DNA of 64,000 nt from the NCBI RefSeq assembly GCF_009914755.1, contig NC_060926.1; one strand, written 5' to 3'. Below, in pieces: positions 1-15,040 of the stretch. The DNA comes from the human T2T-CHM13v2.0 reference genome, Homo sapiens. The position numbers and the translations under genes were made by a program. The notes beneath the pieces were generated by a model. The model saw only the letters and a program-made list of their open reading frames with translations, was not told the DNA's origin and did not search any database. How positions within the stretch are numbered: position 1 is the stretch's first letter; each line of letters opens with the position of its first letter.

Positions 1-318
1 TCTGGAATGACATTGAAGGGGATTGAAATAAATAGATCATGCCAATACTTGTTAAATTTCCCTTTCTTCCCCAGCCCCTACAACCCTTCTACCCCCTACT
101 GAAAAATCCCATCATCAGCCCAGTGGGCCTTTATTCCCCTCCTCTCTCATACCTTCGATTACCACGTGATGTCCATCAGCTGAGCCTCTAGGTCACAGGT
201 CTTTCATTGTAGAAAGGGATCAGCTGTGAACATTCTGGTGCTCATAGGAGGCACGTGATAAATGGAGGGCTCTCCTTTCATCGTATCCTATCTTCATCCT
301 CTCTCCTCCTCTTCCCAG

Positions 319-846
319 GACCAGCTGCAGGCCCAGGACTTTAGCAAGTTCCAGCCGCTGAAGAGCAAGCTGCTGGAGGTAGTGGACGACATGCTGGCCC
401 ATGACATTGCCCAGCTCATGGTGCTAGTGCGCCAGGAGGAGTCACAGCGGCCCATCCAGATGGTGAAGGGCGGAGCGTTCGAGGGCACCCTGCACGGCCC
501 CTTTGGGCATGGCTATGGGGAGGGGGCTGGAGAAGGTATCGATGATGCTGAGTGGGTGGTGGCCAGGGACAAGCCCATGTACGACGAGATCTTCTACACC
601 CTGTCACCGGTGGATGGCAAGATCACAGGCGCTAATGCCAAGAAGGAGATGGTGCGCTCCAAGCTGCCCAACAGTGTGCTGGGCAAGATCTGGAAGCTGG
701 CCGACATTGACAAGGATGGCATGCTGGACGACGACGAGTTTGCACTGGCCAACCACCTCATCAAAGTCAAGCTGGAGGGGCACGAGCTGCCCAACGAGCT
801 GCCTGCCCACCTCCTGCCCCCGTCCAAGAGGAAAGTTGCCGAGTGA
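319..846 (+). CDS. EHD3: EH domain-containing protein 3, terminal coding exon (C-terminal helical region, GPF linker and EH domain)
   Basis: Polypyrimidine tract plus AG acceptor (ctctcctcctcttcccag, AG at 317-318) followed by DQLQAQDFSKFQPLKSKLLEVVDDMLAHDIAQLM...GPFGHGYGEGAGEG...EWVVARDKPMYDEIFYTLSPVDGKITGANAKKEMVRSKLPNSVLGKIWKLADIDKDGMLDDDEFALANHLIKVKLEGHELPNELPAHLLPPSKRKVAE, TGA at 844-846. EF-hand loop DIDKDGMLDDDEF; the KRKVAE C-terminus is that of EHD3. Confidence 0.97.
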   Translation, partial: DQLQAQDFSKFQPLKSKLLEVVDDMLAHDIAQLMVLVRQEESQRPIQMVKGGAFEGTLHGPFGHGYGEGAGEGIDDAEWVVARDKPMYDEIFYTLSPVDGKITGANAKKEMVRSKLPNSVLGKIWKLADIDKDGMLDDDEFALANHLIKVKLEGHELPNELPAHLLPPSKRKVAE

Positions 847-901
847 TGGGGTGGGGGGACATTCAGACGGGCAGTGTTAGAGGAGGAGATGGGAGCGGTG
901 A

Positions 902-904
<3 letters not shown>

Positions 905-936
<32 letters not shown>
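905..936 (+). repeat. (CA)16 microsatellite in EHD3 3'UTR
   Basis: Uninterrupted CA run ~60 nt after the stop codon. Confidence 0.97.
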
Positions 937-940
<4 letters not shown>

Positions 941-1649
941 TGCACACACACATATGCATATCTTGACATTGCTCTGTAGGTGAGAGAGGACCATGACGCC
1001 CATGTTTGCAGCTGATACTTGTTTGGGCACACCTCCAAGTTCTCGGGATTAGAAGGACAAGAGCACTCCCAGGCCCCAGAGTCTAAGCCTAAGTCTCTAT
1101 CGCTCTTCCCCTCTCCTCGGCCACTCCCCAGATACCAGACCTGAGGCAATTCACTTGCCAGCACAGATGGCCAACCCACCTCCAGATTCCCCAGTGCTTC
1201 CACACCCGGGCTCTGAGCAAATGGAAAAGACTTTTCATTTAGTAGACAATTCACTTCTTTTTCTGTGCTTCCCCTATCTGCTTTGGCTTCCTAATAAGAA
1301 ATCCATTCAAGAGCTAGGAGATCTGAGGGCAGGCGGGCAGCTGCAGGGAGGAGAGGTGAGAAAGGAAGCGTCTTCTAGAGACATTGGCCCAGGAGCTCTG
1401 TTCTTTCCTAATCTAAGCCTCTGTCTTCTTCGGCAAACCTTGCTTTGAACTCTGCCAGTATTTCATTTTAAAGAATCCCAGAGCGGGAGAGAGAAGAGAA
1501 AAAAATTGATAAGAGTGAGGAAATTGTCCTGTAGTCTATTGAAAACCAGTCAAGGTGGTTTTAGTTCATAGATTTTGTTAGATGTTCTTTCCACCTGGCC
1601 TATGATGTTTAGATGTTCATACTTGACTCACATTTACCCAGCCCCTCCT

Positions 1650-1850
1650 GCGTACCAGGAGCTGTGTTAGGCACTTTATATACATTATTCTATGTGGCCC
1701 TCACTGATGCCCCAGGGAAGTATGCATTAGCCTTCCCATTTTGCAGTTGAGGAGGCTGAGTAGCCTCAAAAGGGTTTAGGCGACCTTCTGAAACTCACAG
1801 AAGTCACGTGATGGAGAGAGGATTCAAAGCCAGGGCCTCAGACCCTCACA
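1650..1850 (-). mobile_element. MIR fragment in 3'UTR
   Basis: cccattttgcagttgaggaggctgag...ctcacag...ggattcaaagccagg resembles the MIR core in reverse. Confidence 0.7.
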
Positions 1851-3498
1851 CACTTGTCTGTGCTATGATGTATGCAGGATCCCAGCATTGATACCCAATG
1901 ACAAACTATGGAGAACAAGCAAAGTATGCAGGCCCCCTGCAGCCTCCCAGGACAGGCTGGCAAGGGAGGAGGGCCGGCCAGCATTTGGTGGCCCATCAGT
2001 CTGGCCATCTGTCACGTCACAGAAGCAAACCGTGCCTTCTGGCTCTGCGCCCCATATTCCCAGCATCATAGACATCCAACAGCACCAGCAGGAGAGTGGG
2101 CTAGCCTGCTGGATGCTGTTCGTGCCTGTCCCTGCTCTGCCTCCCACCCAGTTGCCTGAATCATCCCAGCTCAGATGCAGCCACTGTCTCTTGTCAAGTG
2201 GGACCTCATACTATTCTCAGAAGGCTAACTTGAGAGGTTTGGGGCCTTGTTCCCCAGAGGGTCCCCAGGGACTCTGCAGTGTCCTTGGCAAATCCCCACT
2301 GTACTCAATGCCCTACATTCTCTTCTGTGGTCTCTCCCCTGGCTTGCTTCATGGCCACTGAACCAATCACTTTGTATGCTATGCTCCTACTGTGATGGAA
2401 AACAAAATGAGTATAACTTATTTTATATCCATATTCAGACTATATAGAGAATATTCTATGCATCTATGACGTGCTTACTACTGCAGTGCATTTGTCATTA
2501 GTCTTCATGTTAATACAGTACATTTATTCTTTGGTACCTGCCTGGCCACAGAGCATCATTCAATGGAGGCTGAGGGAGAAGGGCTGGGTTCTTACTTGGA
2601 GTTCCTGGTGAAATCTTTGGCTGGAAAGGGCTCACTGGGGCCACCCAATGGCCAGCATCCACAACCAGCTTCCCAGTGGGCTGGAGTTTGTCTAGGCTCA
2701 GTGACCAACCCAGGCACAGCTGGTGGAGCCACCGCTCCCTGCTCCTCTGGAGTGAAGATGTTCCCTAAGCCCCTGGGCTTCCTTCTGCAAATACACATTT
2801 CTCTTTCACATGAAATGAAGGGCAGACAAAGGCCAGGCAAAGAGGTCTCACCTGCTCTGGAGAAAACCCTTGAGTGCCGAGTGCAGGTTAGGGACCATTT
2901 CTCAACTCCACACCTTTCTTCAAGCTGAAGGAGAAATGGGAAGGAAATAGCAGAGGTAGGTGAAGTTCCTGTCTTTTTATTTTATAGGAAAGGGAGATGT
3001 CTGTTATCCCCTTTCTTCACTGCCACTGGACACACATGCCACTTTCCTGCCCTTCTACATATGCTGCCTCTCTTCCCTCTCTCCATCTTGAAGTCTCCAC
3101 CCAGGAGAGACCTGTGAGGTGTGGGAATTCCATGTTTGCACAGCTCCCATCTCCCTGGAAAGAGGAACTGATGTTTGAGGGGACAGATGTGGGTCACTTT
3201 CCCTGGCAGTGCCCTCTAGCCTTGCTGCCTTGGCTTTCTGACCCCTTCCAGGCTTCAGGGGCCTGGGAGATCTCATGCCTCAGCCCAGGAAACATTTAAT
3301 AGGGAAAGCAGAGACATGTCATGTCAGCCCCACAGACAAGAATTTCTAGAGCACTTGTCCTGTTGTTCCTTGCCCCGACATTACTCAGTCTGGGCCATGG
3401 AATCCATCCAATAAACACAGCAACACCCTATGCTACTGACCAAGCAAAGCTTGCCCCTGGTACCAAAGAGCTAAATCATGACCAAAGTGTGACATGAA

Positions 3499-4417
<919 letters not shown>

Positions 4418-5349
4418 TGAATATTTCCAGATGACACCACTGAACCATAGCAGGGCATGGGCCTTGGTTTGCAGAGTGATGAGTGGTTGCCCTGAGTCAT
4501 CCCCACTTCCATTTGGTTCCAAAACCTGTATTTATGAGTTAACTCATCAGAATCTGCTGAATGACCTGAAGAGAATAGGCTTGTTTATTCTTCCTATGTG
4601 ATGCTGTCTGGAGTCTATACATCCTCAATCCTTTATTTAATTTCTCCATCCATTCATCCATCGATCTTTTTTATATTCAAAAGATGCTGAGCACCTCTTA
4701 CAGAAAACATCCTGAGGGAGAATATAGAGATTCATTCCTTGAGTCATTCAAAAACACTCAATATAAAGTCTACCTGAGTGTAGAGACAATTCTATATGGA
4801 TCAAAGAGCTCACAGCCTAGTAGAGGGGATGAGGCACTTATGCAAACACTGATAATACGGTGAGGGAACATGAAAGGGGGATGCTCAAGAAAGTCAGAAA
4901 TGGCTTCAAACTGGGGAGGAGGTGGTCAGAGAAAGCCTGTAGCAGGATGGGCACTGGAACTGAGAAACCGTCTGGGGCCAACCTCTTGGGCCTGTTTTCT
5001 TCCTTCCTGATCTAAGGAAGACAGGCAGAATTTTTACATAAAACACAACACAGAGCATTCTCAGCCCACTAAATCATGACAGACTGAGAACCACTGAAGT
5101 ATTTGTGGAAAAGCATGATTAGAATTTTGCCTCTGGGGACTGTGCTGTTTTTTCATAGGCCATTTTCAAGTGAAAATTGTATCAGTATCTTTAAAGTTGA
5201 AATGTTAAGTGCCTGGAGGGAAAGAAAAATGGTGATGGAAGAATGTCAGTTATCCCGGCCGAGTGATGAGTACACTAGGGGCACGTCACGGGCACAGACT
5301 CCTCATTAGTGCTGTTTACCACAGGTCGGTTCTCCTGTCCCCGGGTTAA

Positions 5350-5670
5350 TGGGAGGACTTTGGTTTTCTCCCTTTGAAGTAAGCGAGCTGTGTGACTTGC
5401 TTTGGCTCATGAAGTAGGTGTGTAAGCAACATGTCTCTTCCTCGCAGAGACAAATGTACAATTTGCCACATTCTACTTTTCCTGCCTCTCCAGGAATGTG
5501 TGTGGGAGTGAGTGTGAAAATGGAGCCTAAGTCCTGGGTCATGCTAAAACCCCTTCCCGACCTACACTGGACAGATGCCATGAATAAGACATAAACTCCA
5601 TCATTTTACTGTTAAACCATGGATAGTCATGGGGCTGTTACCTGACATAGCCTATACCATCATGACCAGA
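5350..5670 (+). mobile_element. Old MaLR LTR fragment (MLT1I/J/K-like)
   Basis: tgtgacttgctttggc...ataaact...gttaaaccat...catagccta...catgac pattern typical of MLT1 3' halves. Confidence 0.55.
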
Positions 5671-5768
5671 GACCTGGTAAGTCTGTCAATAGTTTAGCCC
5701 ATGAAGCAAGTGAAAAGCAAAGAAAGTTTCTTGGAAACCAAGTTCCTGCCTTCCTAAGAACTGAGGTT

Positions 5769-6070
5769 GGCCAGGTGCAGTGGCTCATGCCTGTAATCCC
5801 AGCACTTTGGGAGGCCGAGGTGGGTGGATCACGAGGTCAGGAGTTCAAGACCAGCCTGGCCAATATGGTGAAACCCCATCTCTACTAAAAATACAAAAAT
5901 TAGCCGAGCATGGTGGTGCGTGCCTGTAGTCCCAGCTCCTCATGAGGCTGAGGCAGAATAATCGCTTGAACCTGGGAGGCGGAGGCTGCAGTGAGGCGAG
6001 ATTACATCACTGCACTCCAGCCTGGGCGATAGAGTGAAACTCCGTCTCAAAGAAAAAAAAAAAAAAAAAA
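5769..6070 (+). mobile_element. AluS (Sg-like)
   Basis: GGCCAGGTGCAGTGGCTC start, poly(A) tail, TSD AAGAACTGAGGT at 5756-5767 and 6069-6080. Confidence 0.95.
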
Positions 6071-8092
6071 GAACTGAGGTCACTGGAAGCTGAAGGGATG
6101 GGTGATTCACATAAAGCCCTTCAGTGTCTGAGTTGTATTCTGCCATATCCTAGCTCCACCCTTCAGTGTGACTTTTTAAGTTAGAGAACTTCCCACTTAC
6201 AGTGTCAAATGAGAACAGGACTTGCCTTCTCTCTTCAGGAATGTAGGTACTGGGGATTGACTGGGTATTTGTCTGCCTAGGGTTACACAGGGAGATATCC
6301 AGGTTGGAAAGAGTAAAACTACAATTCCCAGACTCCCTTGCAGCCAGGTTCAGGATGTGATTTTAGGTCCCGCCAACCAGATATACTTGTGGGAGACTGT
6401 GCTGTAGTAGATCATGCCAGAGGTGGACCCAGCAGCTATACAGCTGTAACAGCAGCTCTCTGGCTTTGCAGCTTCCTATACTTGCTCAAGAAGCTGGAAG
6501 TCTTGTTTGTGAGGTTGGAGAAACAATGGCAACACTGGTAGCACCGTAAGCAACCATCTGCCACTTTGTGTTTGCCCACCTACCTATGGTGCCTGAGCAC
6601 TGCTGCCATGTACAGATTGCACAGAGGGGACCTAGGCTGCAGCAGGAGAGGCTTCATGGAGGGTGTGTGTGTGTGTGTGTTTGTGCATCTCTATGTGTGT
6701 TTGGGTCAGGTTGGGACACTACACAGAGGTGGTTTTTTGCAAGATAATTGAAGATAGGAGAGGACATGACAGCGTTTCTCAGAAAGAATGCTGCGGGGGA
6801 ATTTTCAAAGCAAGAATCCCTTCCTAAGAATTAATTGGGATGAATATGTGCATGTTAGACAGTTGAGGCTATAAAATAAGGACATGTCAGAAGTAGCAGT
6901 TCTATGTCCTTCCCTTAGAATTTCATGAGGTGTAGGGTACCCTTCCCCACCCCAGGGCGCATCACTGAAGTGTAGTGGTGGCAGCCATGGCCTGAGGGCA
7001 GGTCAGCACAGAAAAACACCAACTCCACAGAGAGAGTCTGGCGGGAGCAGGTGCATGGGCATCTGGTGACCTGAGTTCCTCCAACAGAACAAGCCATGGG
7101 GCCTCTTTGTGCCTCTGTTTATTCTTTCCCCAAGTGGGGTCACTTCAGACATTTGGAGATATGAGGCAACAAGGAGATGGGAAAGTTCACCAACAATGTA
7201 AACACTCTACATGAGAGAGTTTTGTTGCCAATGTGCTAGAAGAGGCATGCTTCAGGGAAGAGGTGAGAATCCTATACATGGGAAGGAAGGAAAGAATCAA
7301 GCCCTGTAAAAGTACAAAGGAAAAAGAGACTAGAAGAGATGTGGAGTTGGGGGATCCTGCCAAGGATCTGAGTGCAGCAATGTTTACAGTGTTGAATACT
7401 TGAAAGGTGCCCAGGGGCCTGGAGATGACCTGTGGGGAACCTGCAGCCCTAGCCTACTGTGGCCACTGCCTCCTAGGTAAATGCATATCCCAAAGTCCCT
7501 GCCTGCCTTCCCAGCCATCATGATCTGGTGCTGACAAGGGGCTGTGGACACTCAAGGGGCACTCACTGGGGTGGGTTTGGGTATATTGCGGCATGACAGT
7601 CTGGTTACGATGCAGACCACCTGAGAACTCCAAGGCTGACAGCAGATCCTCCAGTGTGTTGAACGCCTGACTCTAATGGCAAATGTTTCTCTTCATTTGC
7701 AAAGTGTCAGGATCACACTATGTTGTAAAGTTTTCTTTTCTGACAGCCAGTGCTTTTTTATAGCATTTCTTAAACCTCCTTGAAGACAAGGAGCTAAGGC
7801 AGTGGCAAATGCCAGATCATTATGGAAAGGAGGGGACCCATTACTGCATCTCAGTCCCATCACAGGGCAGAACTAGGATTTGGTTCACCTTTGAAAGAAT
7901 CTCAAGCTTAGTGGCATCATAACATTGGTGAAATCTGACTTCAGTCCAGGTTTCCTTTCTCACAGGCCACCCCCTCCTGTTCTCCTGCCCATCCAGGCCC
8001 AGCTCAGGATGCCAGAGGACCACCCCTCTCCTGACTGGGCATTCTGTCCTCTCTAGGCCACTAATACATGCATACGTGCATGTGCATGCATG

Positions 8093-8094
<2 letters not shown>

Positions 8095-8140
<46 letters not shown>

Positions 8141-8185
8141 CTCTCTCTCTCTGTCTCTGTCTCTCCCTCTCTCACACACACACTC
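8095..8185 (+). repeat. Compound (CA)n-(CT)n-(CA)n microsatellite
   Basis: Long CA run, then CT/CTGT run, then a short CA run. Confidence 0.95.
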
Positions 8186-9149
8186 TCCATTCCCATCATC
8201 CATGTCTGCTCCATCCTACAGGGCTGAGTTTTGCTATGGAACAGCTGGCTGATCTGAAGAACTAAGAGGCTGTATGTGTGACCATGGGGTCAGATGCTGC
8301 AGCCCTGACTCTGGTCATGGATATGAGTCTAACAGGAGCCTCCTAAGCCCAGTGAGAGGGGTTCCTGTTAGTCTGGCAAGGAAAGCAGCAAGAGAGGAGT
8401 GTCAGGCAGGTATCTGGACCTGACACCACGTGGGCACCTGCTTATATGTGGAATTCCCCTCCAGATCATCTCTGCTTCCTAAATGTCTCCACAGCTTTCT
8501 TGGCCATACAAGGCAATTCCCCTCATTCCAGAAAAGCCTAGTCTTCAGGAATATGCAATGGAATGAAAAGATATAACTCACTGCAAAGAACTCAGCTGGT
8601 GCTTCTTGCCCTGCGCAGAGTAACTGTTTCAGCCTCAAGCAGCTGCAGCTTATCCTCTTGATACCCTGGTGCATCCAAGAGCCACAGGAATTGAGGCCTG
8701 AGATAACGATAGCGTTGAACTCTTCAGCGACATTTCCTGGAACTTCTTGAGATGAAGAGAAAACAAGAAAACTAACTCTGAGCTATAGCACTTGGCCAGA
8801 TGTTATTTATCAGCCCTGGGGATTTACTTAATGTCTAGTCTGTAATCCTGGTTTAGTGGTCTGTGTGAAAGAAGTCCTCTTCATGCACCAAGGATTTCAA
8901 TCAGGCTAATGACTAGAAAATGACAAAAATCCTCAAGCTAGGATTCTCCAAGACCCAGTGCAAATATCTCCTCCAAGCAAATGTGACACCCCACTCCCAC
9001 CATCCCTGCCATCTGCAAACCCCTACAGCTTTGGAAGTGCCACCTGCCTGATGCCACCTTATAACACTGTCACTTGCACACTTGTTTAATTCCACCTATC
9101 TAGATAATAAGCTTCTTAGGGGCACAGAATATGCTTCGCACAGAGCAAT

Positions 9150-9563
9150 ACATACCCTGCTACTTCCCTAGCTCCCCTTTGAGTGGTAAAGGACTTATTC
9201 ATCCAGCTGCTCCACTTCAAGCTGTCTCCAGAAATTTCCCTCACCTGCAGAGTTCTGCCTCCTCACTGCTTATGTCACACCCCATTCCCAGGGGCAGCTG
9301 TACCCAATGACTGATCAATGAGGGCATATGAAGGTCTGGCCCCCTTGCCCCAACCTGGAACAGTTCTGAAGGGACATCCCAGCTTCAGAACTCCTTATAG
9401 GGTCAGCTGAGCCTTTGTGATTGCATTAGAGCCCAACTGCTCCCTCTGCCCAATCTTGCTTCTCTTCCTTCCCAAGTGTAAAGCCAAAGCCACTCTCTAA
9501 TAAACGTTTTGCATGATGAACTCCATCTCAGAGTCTGCTTCCCAGGGAACATGACCTGCAACA
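9150..9563 (+). mobile_element. LTR16-type ERVL LTR
   Basis: ggacttattc..cagctgct; ctaataaac poly(A) signal; terminal ctccatctcagagtctgcttcccagggaacatgacctgcaaca. Confidence 0.75.
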
Positions 9564-11004
9564 CTGTCTATGCTCAATAAATACTTGTTGGCATTAATGA
9601 ACAATCAATTGCTCGATGACAAATCCAATCAGAGGATGGCCTGCTGGGGATTACTTAGCTGACCATGTGAATAGGTGCAGTGGTCTTGCCAGAAAATATG
9701 TACCACATGGCACCAGATCCTTGGCAGGCCACTTTGAATCACTGGGAGAAGATGGAGCCATGGAATGTGCAGGACTTCTCCTGTGAAAGTGGCCCCAAAG
9801 TTACCCCTTGGGCAGCTCCAGCCAGAGGGTCATTCTTACAGAATGATGAGAAGGACCACAGGGCTCATTCTGTGCAGAATGAGACCATTGCTCAGATTGT
9901 TCCACCTGTAGTTTCTTATTTTCTTAGAAAAGGCAAATCTCGCCTGTTATAGGACATGCCACAGCTCAGAGAGACAGAAGTTGGCAGATGAGAGAGAAGG
10001 CATCCTTTCCTGAGGTGCAGCTCCAGCCCCAGCTTTACATAAAGCAAGCATTCAAGGGAGGGACACTTCCTTAGAAATGAAATTGATGAAGATACTGCCC
10101 TTAAGCAGCAGCCTAGAACAACTGCATATAAAAACTGAGACTTTCTAACATTCAATCTAAAAGCCCTAATGACAAGGATGAGACAGTTTCAATTGCAGAC
10201 TTGTAGGATACAAAAGATCAGTGGATGACAAAGAACGATGACAACAAAAGACCTGAGGGGGGTCAGGATACCCACAGCTGGTTTCAAAATCAAAGTGACT
10301 ATGGATTGGCAGCAGGCCTGGAACACTGCTGGTGATAGGAGTCGGAGAGCAGTGCGGTTTCCATGACCAGTTGTCAGTGTCTTTCCTGGCACATACCCGG
10401 GGAACTGTGGCGCATTCACCTCAAGACTAAGGTTTCACCAGTTCCTCAGTGAAGAGGAGTCAAATTTAATATCAAACCCATATTGTATCTTATATATAGT
10501 TTATTATATACATAAATACATGCTATAAATAGTTAACAGTTTAGTAAACCACAAAGATCTTATTCCATATCCTCAATCACTTTACCATCTTTGAAAGGTC
10601 TTGAGAAAAAGAATTCTCTGCAGATACTTTTAAATGAATAACAACCTGGCCATAGTGAATTCCAACTGGTCTTCGTGGTGAGGATCCTAGCGGTTGGAGT
10701 TTGTAAGCAACACCCCTCACAGAATATGCCTTTGGAAATCTGTTCCTGATTGTGTACGGCTAGGCTACAAGACCTCAGGATCTGGGGGCCGAACACGACC
10801 CAGGAAATCATCATGTCCCCCCAAATCTCAGACAGTCACTGATGAAGTTGATGAAGTTCTGTCTCCTTGTGACGGTCCTTGGCCACTCACATGTCCAGAC
10901 CAATTACTTCTGGATGCAGTATCTTCCAGCAATGACTGTCTAGTCGTTATAATATTATGCCTTTGAAACATGCACAAAGAATTGCATCTGAAAAGCAGTT
11001 AGTC

Positions 11005-11557
<553 letters not shown>

Positions 11558-12453
11558 TTATGTTTATTAATTAAAAAAAGAAAGAAATCATGGTCCTTTC
11601 TGTCTGTACAGGTGGACTTCAATGTCTATATGTAGCAGTAAAGGAAATACTGTCTGGCATGAGCTCTGGGTCACTGGAGTTGGGCACTCTGGCTCCTTCT
11701 TTCCCATCAAAATAAAATTAAAAAATAATAAAATCAATGACTGCTGGATATCATGGTGAGAGTTTCATGTTTTGAGCTGGGGTTTGGGGCCTGATTATTT
11801 TATTAATTATCTGCTCATCTGGGGAGCCCTTGGTTTCCTTTCCTGTGAGCCCCTTCTCTGCAACCCACATCGGTTCTCTTGTTCAGAACTACCTTCCATC
11901 ATGGCTAAGCTTTGAGATCATCATGTCCTATCATTTCCTTTTGTTGTTGGTCTCATTCAATCCATGTATGGAAAAAAATAACCCAGGATGACTTATTGTG
12001 GAAAGAAAGGGAGATAAGTCACGAGAAGGGAAAGATATTTTTTTCTTCGAAGCTCAGGAAATGCAACTCTTTAGATAAGTTTTTTGTTGTTGTTTTTGTT
12101 TTTTTAATGAACACCTTAATTTTCTTCCAATGCAAAAATGAAATATCCTTTGAAAGCCGAATGTATCATTCATGTGGCCCAAACCACAGTCATTTTTTTT
12201 TAGATAAAAAGGGCATATTTGTGATGGGGGAAAGATGATCAGTTTCAGTGCACCCTCCCATCACTGTGAGCATTAATTAAGCAAGGATAAAAAGCAAAAT
12301 AATCTCCCAGTGCCCTTCCTCTGACTCTTCCCGCTGCCTGCAATGGTTTCATATGAAGTTATTTCAGTTATTGTACTTTCTGGCCCTAATCCAGCTTTTT
12401 TTTGGCCAAAGTATTGGGAACACTGCAGTGTCTACAGGGCTTCAGCATCCACA

Positions 12454-12456
<3 letters not shown>

Positions 12457-12493
<37 letters not shown>

Positions 12494-12520
12494 TGTGTGT
12501 GTGAAAAGAGAGAGAGAGAA
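12457..12520 (+). repeat. (TG)n(AG)n microsatellite
   Basis: Direct reading. Confidence 0.95.
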
Positions 12521-13762
12521 ACTCTGTGCATTTGTGTGTGTGCTTGCTTATGTGATAACTGTTTTTGTTCCATTTCTTTAGCAGTGCAACAGTTTTAAAG
12601 AGCACCTGAGAACGACTTTGCAAACCATACCTTACCACAACCTTCCTATCCTGTTTCTATTAAGCAATTCCAGTTTTGGAAAGAAGACATTGAAAAGTGC
12701 CTCTGCTTGAGCAATTCAAAGATTCTGGACAATGTTTGCATATTATTAAACAGTCCTCTCTCAAGGCCACCAAGCCCATTACCAGTGCCTCTGCAGCTTA
12801 TCACCTGGGCAGGTTATTGAACCCTTCTTTGAACCACATCTGTAAAATACAGGAAATTGAAGCCACTGTCACAGGGTTCTCATGAGAATAAAGTGAAACA
12901 ATGTCTGTAATGGACCTAGCACAGACAAGGTGCTCAATACATTACAATTGCCTTCCTCCCTTTCACCCCTTTGCAGCACTTGGGCAAAGGCATGGCACTA
13001 TCCCCTTTCCTCCTGATGTTGCCTGCCAAAAACCTCCAGCAGAAGGCAGGTAGGACACAAGCCCACTCTGATTGGTAGCACATTCCCCTCTTTTCAGCCC
13101 TGTCACAAGTCCACAGTGACCTCTCCCTTTCCTGAACTTGATGGTACCCACAAATGCAACACCAAATAACATGCAACTGAGCACTTATTAAGGGTTCAAG
13201 TGTCTTTTGTCTGCCAACAAGGCTGTAAGCTAACAGAGGGCAGCCTTATGTTTCCTAGTCCTGTCATTTCCTCCCAACTGCCTAGGCTAATCATAGGCGA
13301 TCTGCTGGTGTTTGGCGCTGGACGTGTCAGCACAGGCCCAGCAAGTGGGGTCCTAAGGGCAGCAACCTACAAAGCCTCCAGCCTTGCCCGGCTGTGCCGG
13401 TCACACACCAGAGCTGGTGAGTCTGAGATTTGGCCTTGCAGCCACGGGAGAGTCCTCAAACCTTCCCAACACGCCAAACTTCTGCCCCCTCTGCCTGCTG
13501 AAGTTGAGTCATGCAAATGGCGACAAGGACAACCCTTGAAAGGCAAAAGTGTGCCTGATGTCAACAGTTCATTTGGAGCTCCCCTATGCTTAACGGACAC
13601 CCAGAGACCTCACAAAACCTCAACTTCTGTTACCATCACTTACTCCAGAGCATGGTGAAATGTACCTCCTTGAATACTGAAGCCTTCTATTTTGCTTTCC
13701 TGAACTCTTGGTATTACTGGGACAACATTACACCATCAATTCGAGAGGTTTCTTGCAACATG

Positions 13763-14224
13763 TTCCAGCTACACGGGAGAGTGAGGTGAGAGGATTGTTT
13801 GAGGCCAGTTCCAGCTACACGGGAGGGTGAGATGAGAGATTTTTTGAGCCCAGAAGTCTGAGGTTACAGTGTGCTGTGGTCATGCCATTGCACTCCAGCC
13901 TGGGTAACAGTGTGAGGCCCTGCAAGTTAACAATGAGTTAACATAAATATTTATTGGATGGATGAATGAATGAATGAATGAATATGGGATTGCTTAGATC
14001 AGTCAGACCTGTGGAGAACCTTAACATCAGTCAGTGCTAACAATGTGGGTATAAAAACCAGGCCAAGCAGTCGCAAGTTCAAGAGCCCAGGGGAGTGGAA
14101 ATTTGAAGTGGCCCAGTCAGTGGGCATGAAGAGAGGCAAAGTGTCAGGGCCCCAGGTATGAAGCACCAGCCATAGAGGGGGCTTGACAATGGAGAAAACA
14201 CCATCACCAGTGAGAAACCTCTTG
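13763..14224 (+). repeat. Local duplicate of 19901-20317 (Alu right-arm fragment plus flanking sequence), with its first ~45 bp present twice
   Basis: Hand alignment of 13809-14224 vs 19901-20317 gives ~31 differences in ~417 bp; an extra copy of TTCCAGCTACACGGGAG...TTTGAG lies at 13763-13806. Confidence 0.93.
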
Positions 14225-14781
14225 TGTCGGGGAGGTAGAATCATCCAGAAGAAAATGCTTATTTTATAAAGTCAGTAGGCCTAATTTGGAAGCCCAAATA
14301 AACCATGTAGTAGCCTTGGTTGATTAAATATCAGGTATTTTTTTAACCTATAAAATAAAGGTAATATTACCAGAACTTGTATGAGTATTAAAGTTACTAA
14401 TGATTGCTAACATGTGTTAAGTACTTAATATATACCAGGTGAAGTCCTTCACATGCATTTCATCTGGACACCAGAACAACCCTCTAAAGTCAGCACGATT
14501 ATCATAACTCCCATTTTACAGAAAAGAAACTTAAAGGGTAAAGCTGAGATGAGGTGCAAGAGATGAAGTTACTTGCCCAAGGTTGCCATCCAATAAATGG
14601 CAGATCTAGGATTAGCAATAAGAAGTCTTTGCAAGAGTCATTGCTCTTGTGTATATCTTGTTCTTTCATCTCTAATAAAGACTTTTTAAGGATAGAGACG
14701 TATGTTTTACTGACTTTATATTCAACTCTAAAGCCTATAAAACATTCATCCAAAAAAATGCTAAAAAAGGGAAGGAAGAAA

Positions 14782-15040
<259 letters not shown>

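Noticed and set aside
262-318. N-terminal extension MEGSPFIVSYLHPLSSSSQ of ORF 262-846
   Set aside because: It is intronic polypyrimidine tract upstream of the AG acceptor at 317-318; EHD homology starts at 319
1888-2928. 157-aa and 121-aa ORFs in the EHD3 3'UTR
   Set aside because: No recognisable homology; the 157-aa ORF starts at a non-ATG codon
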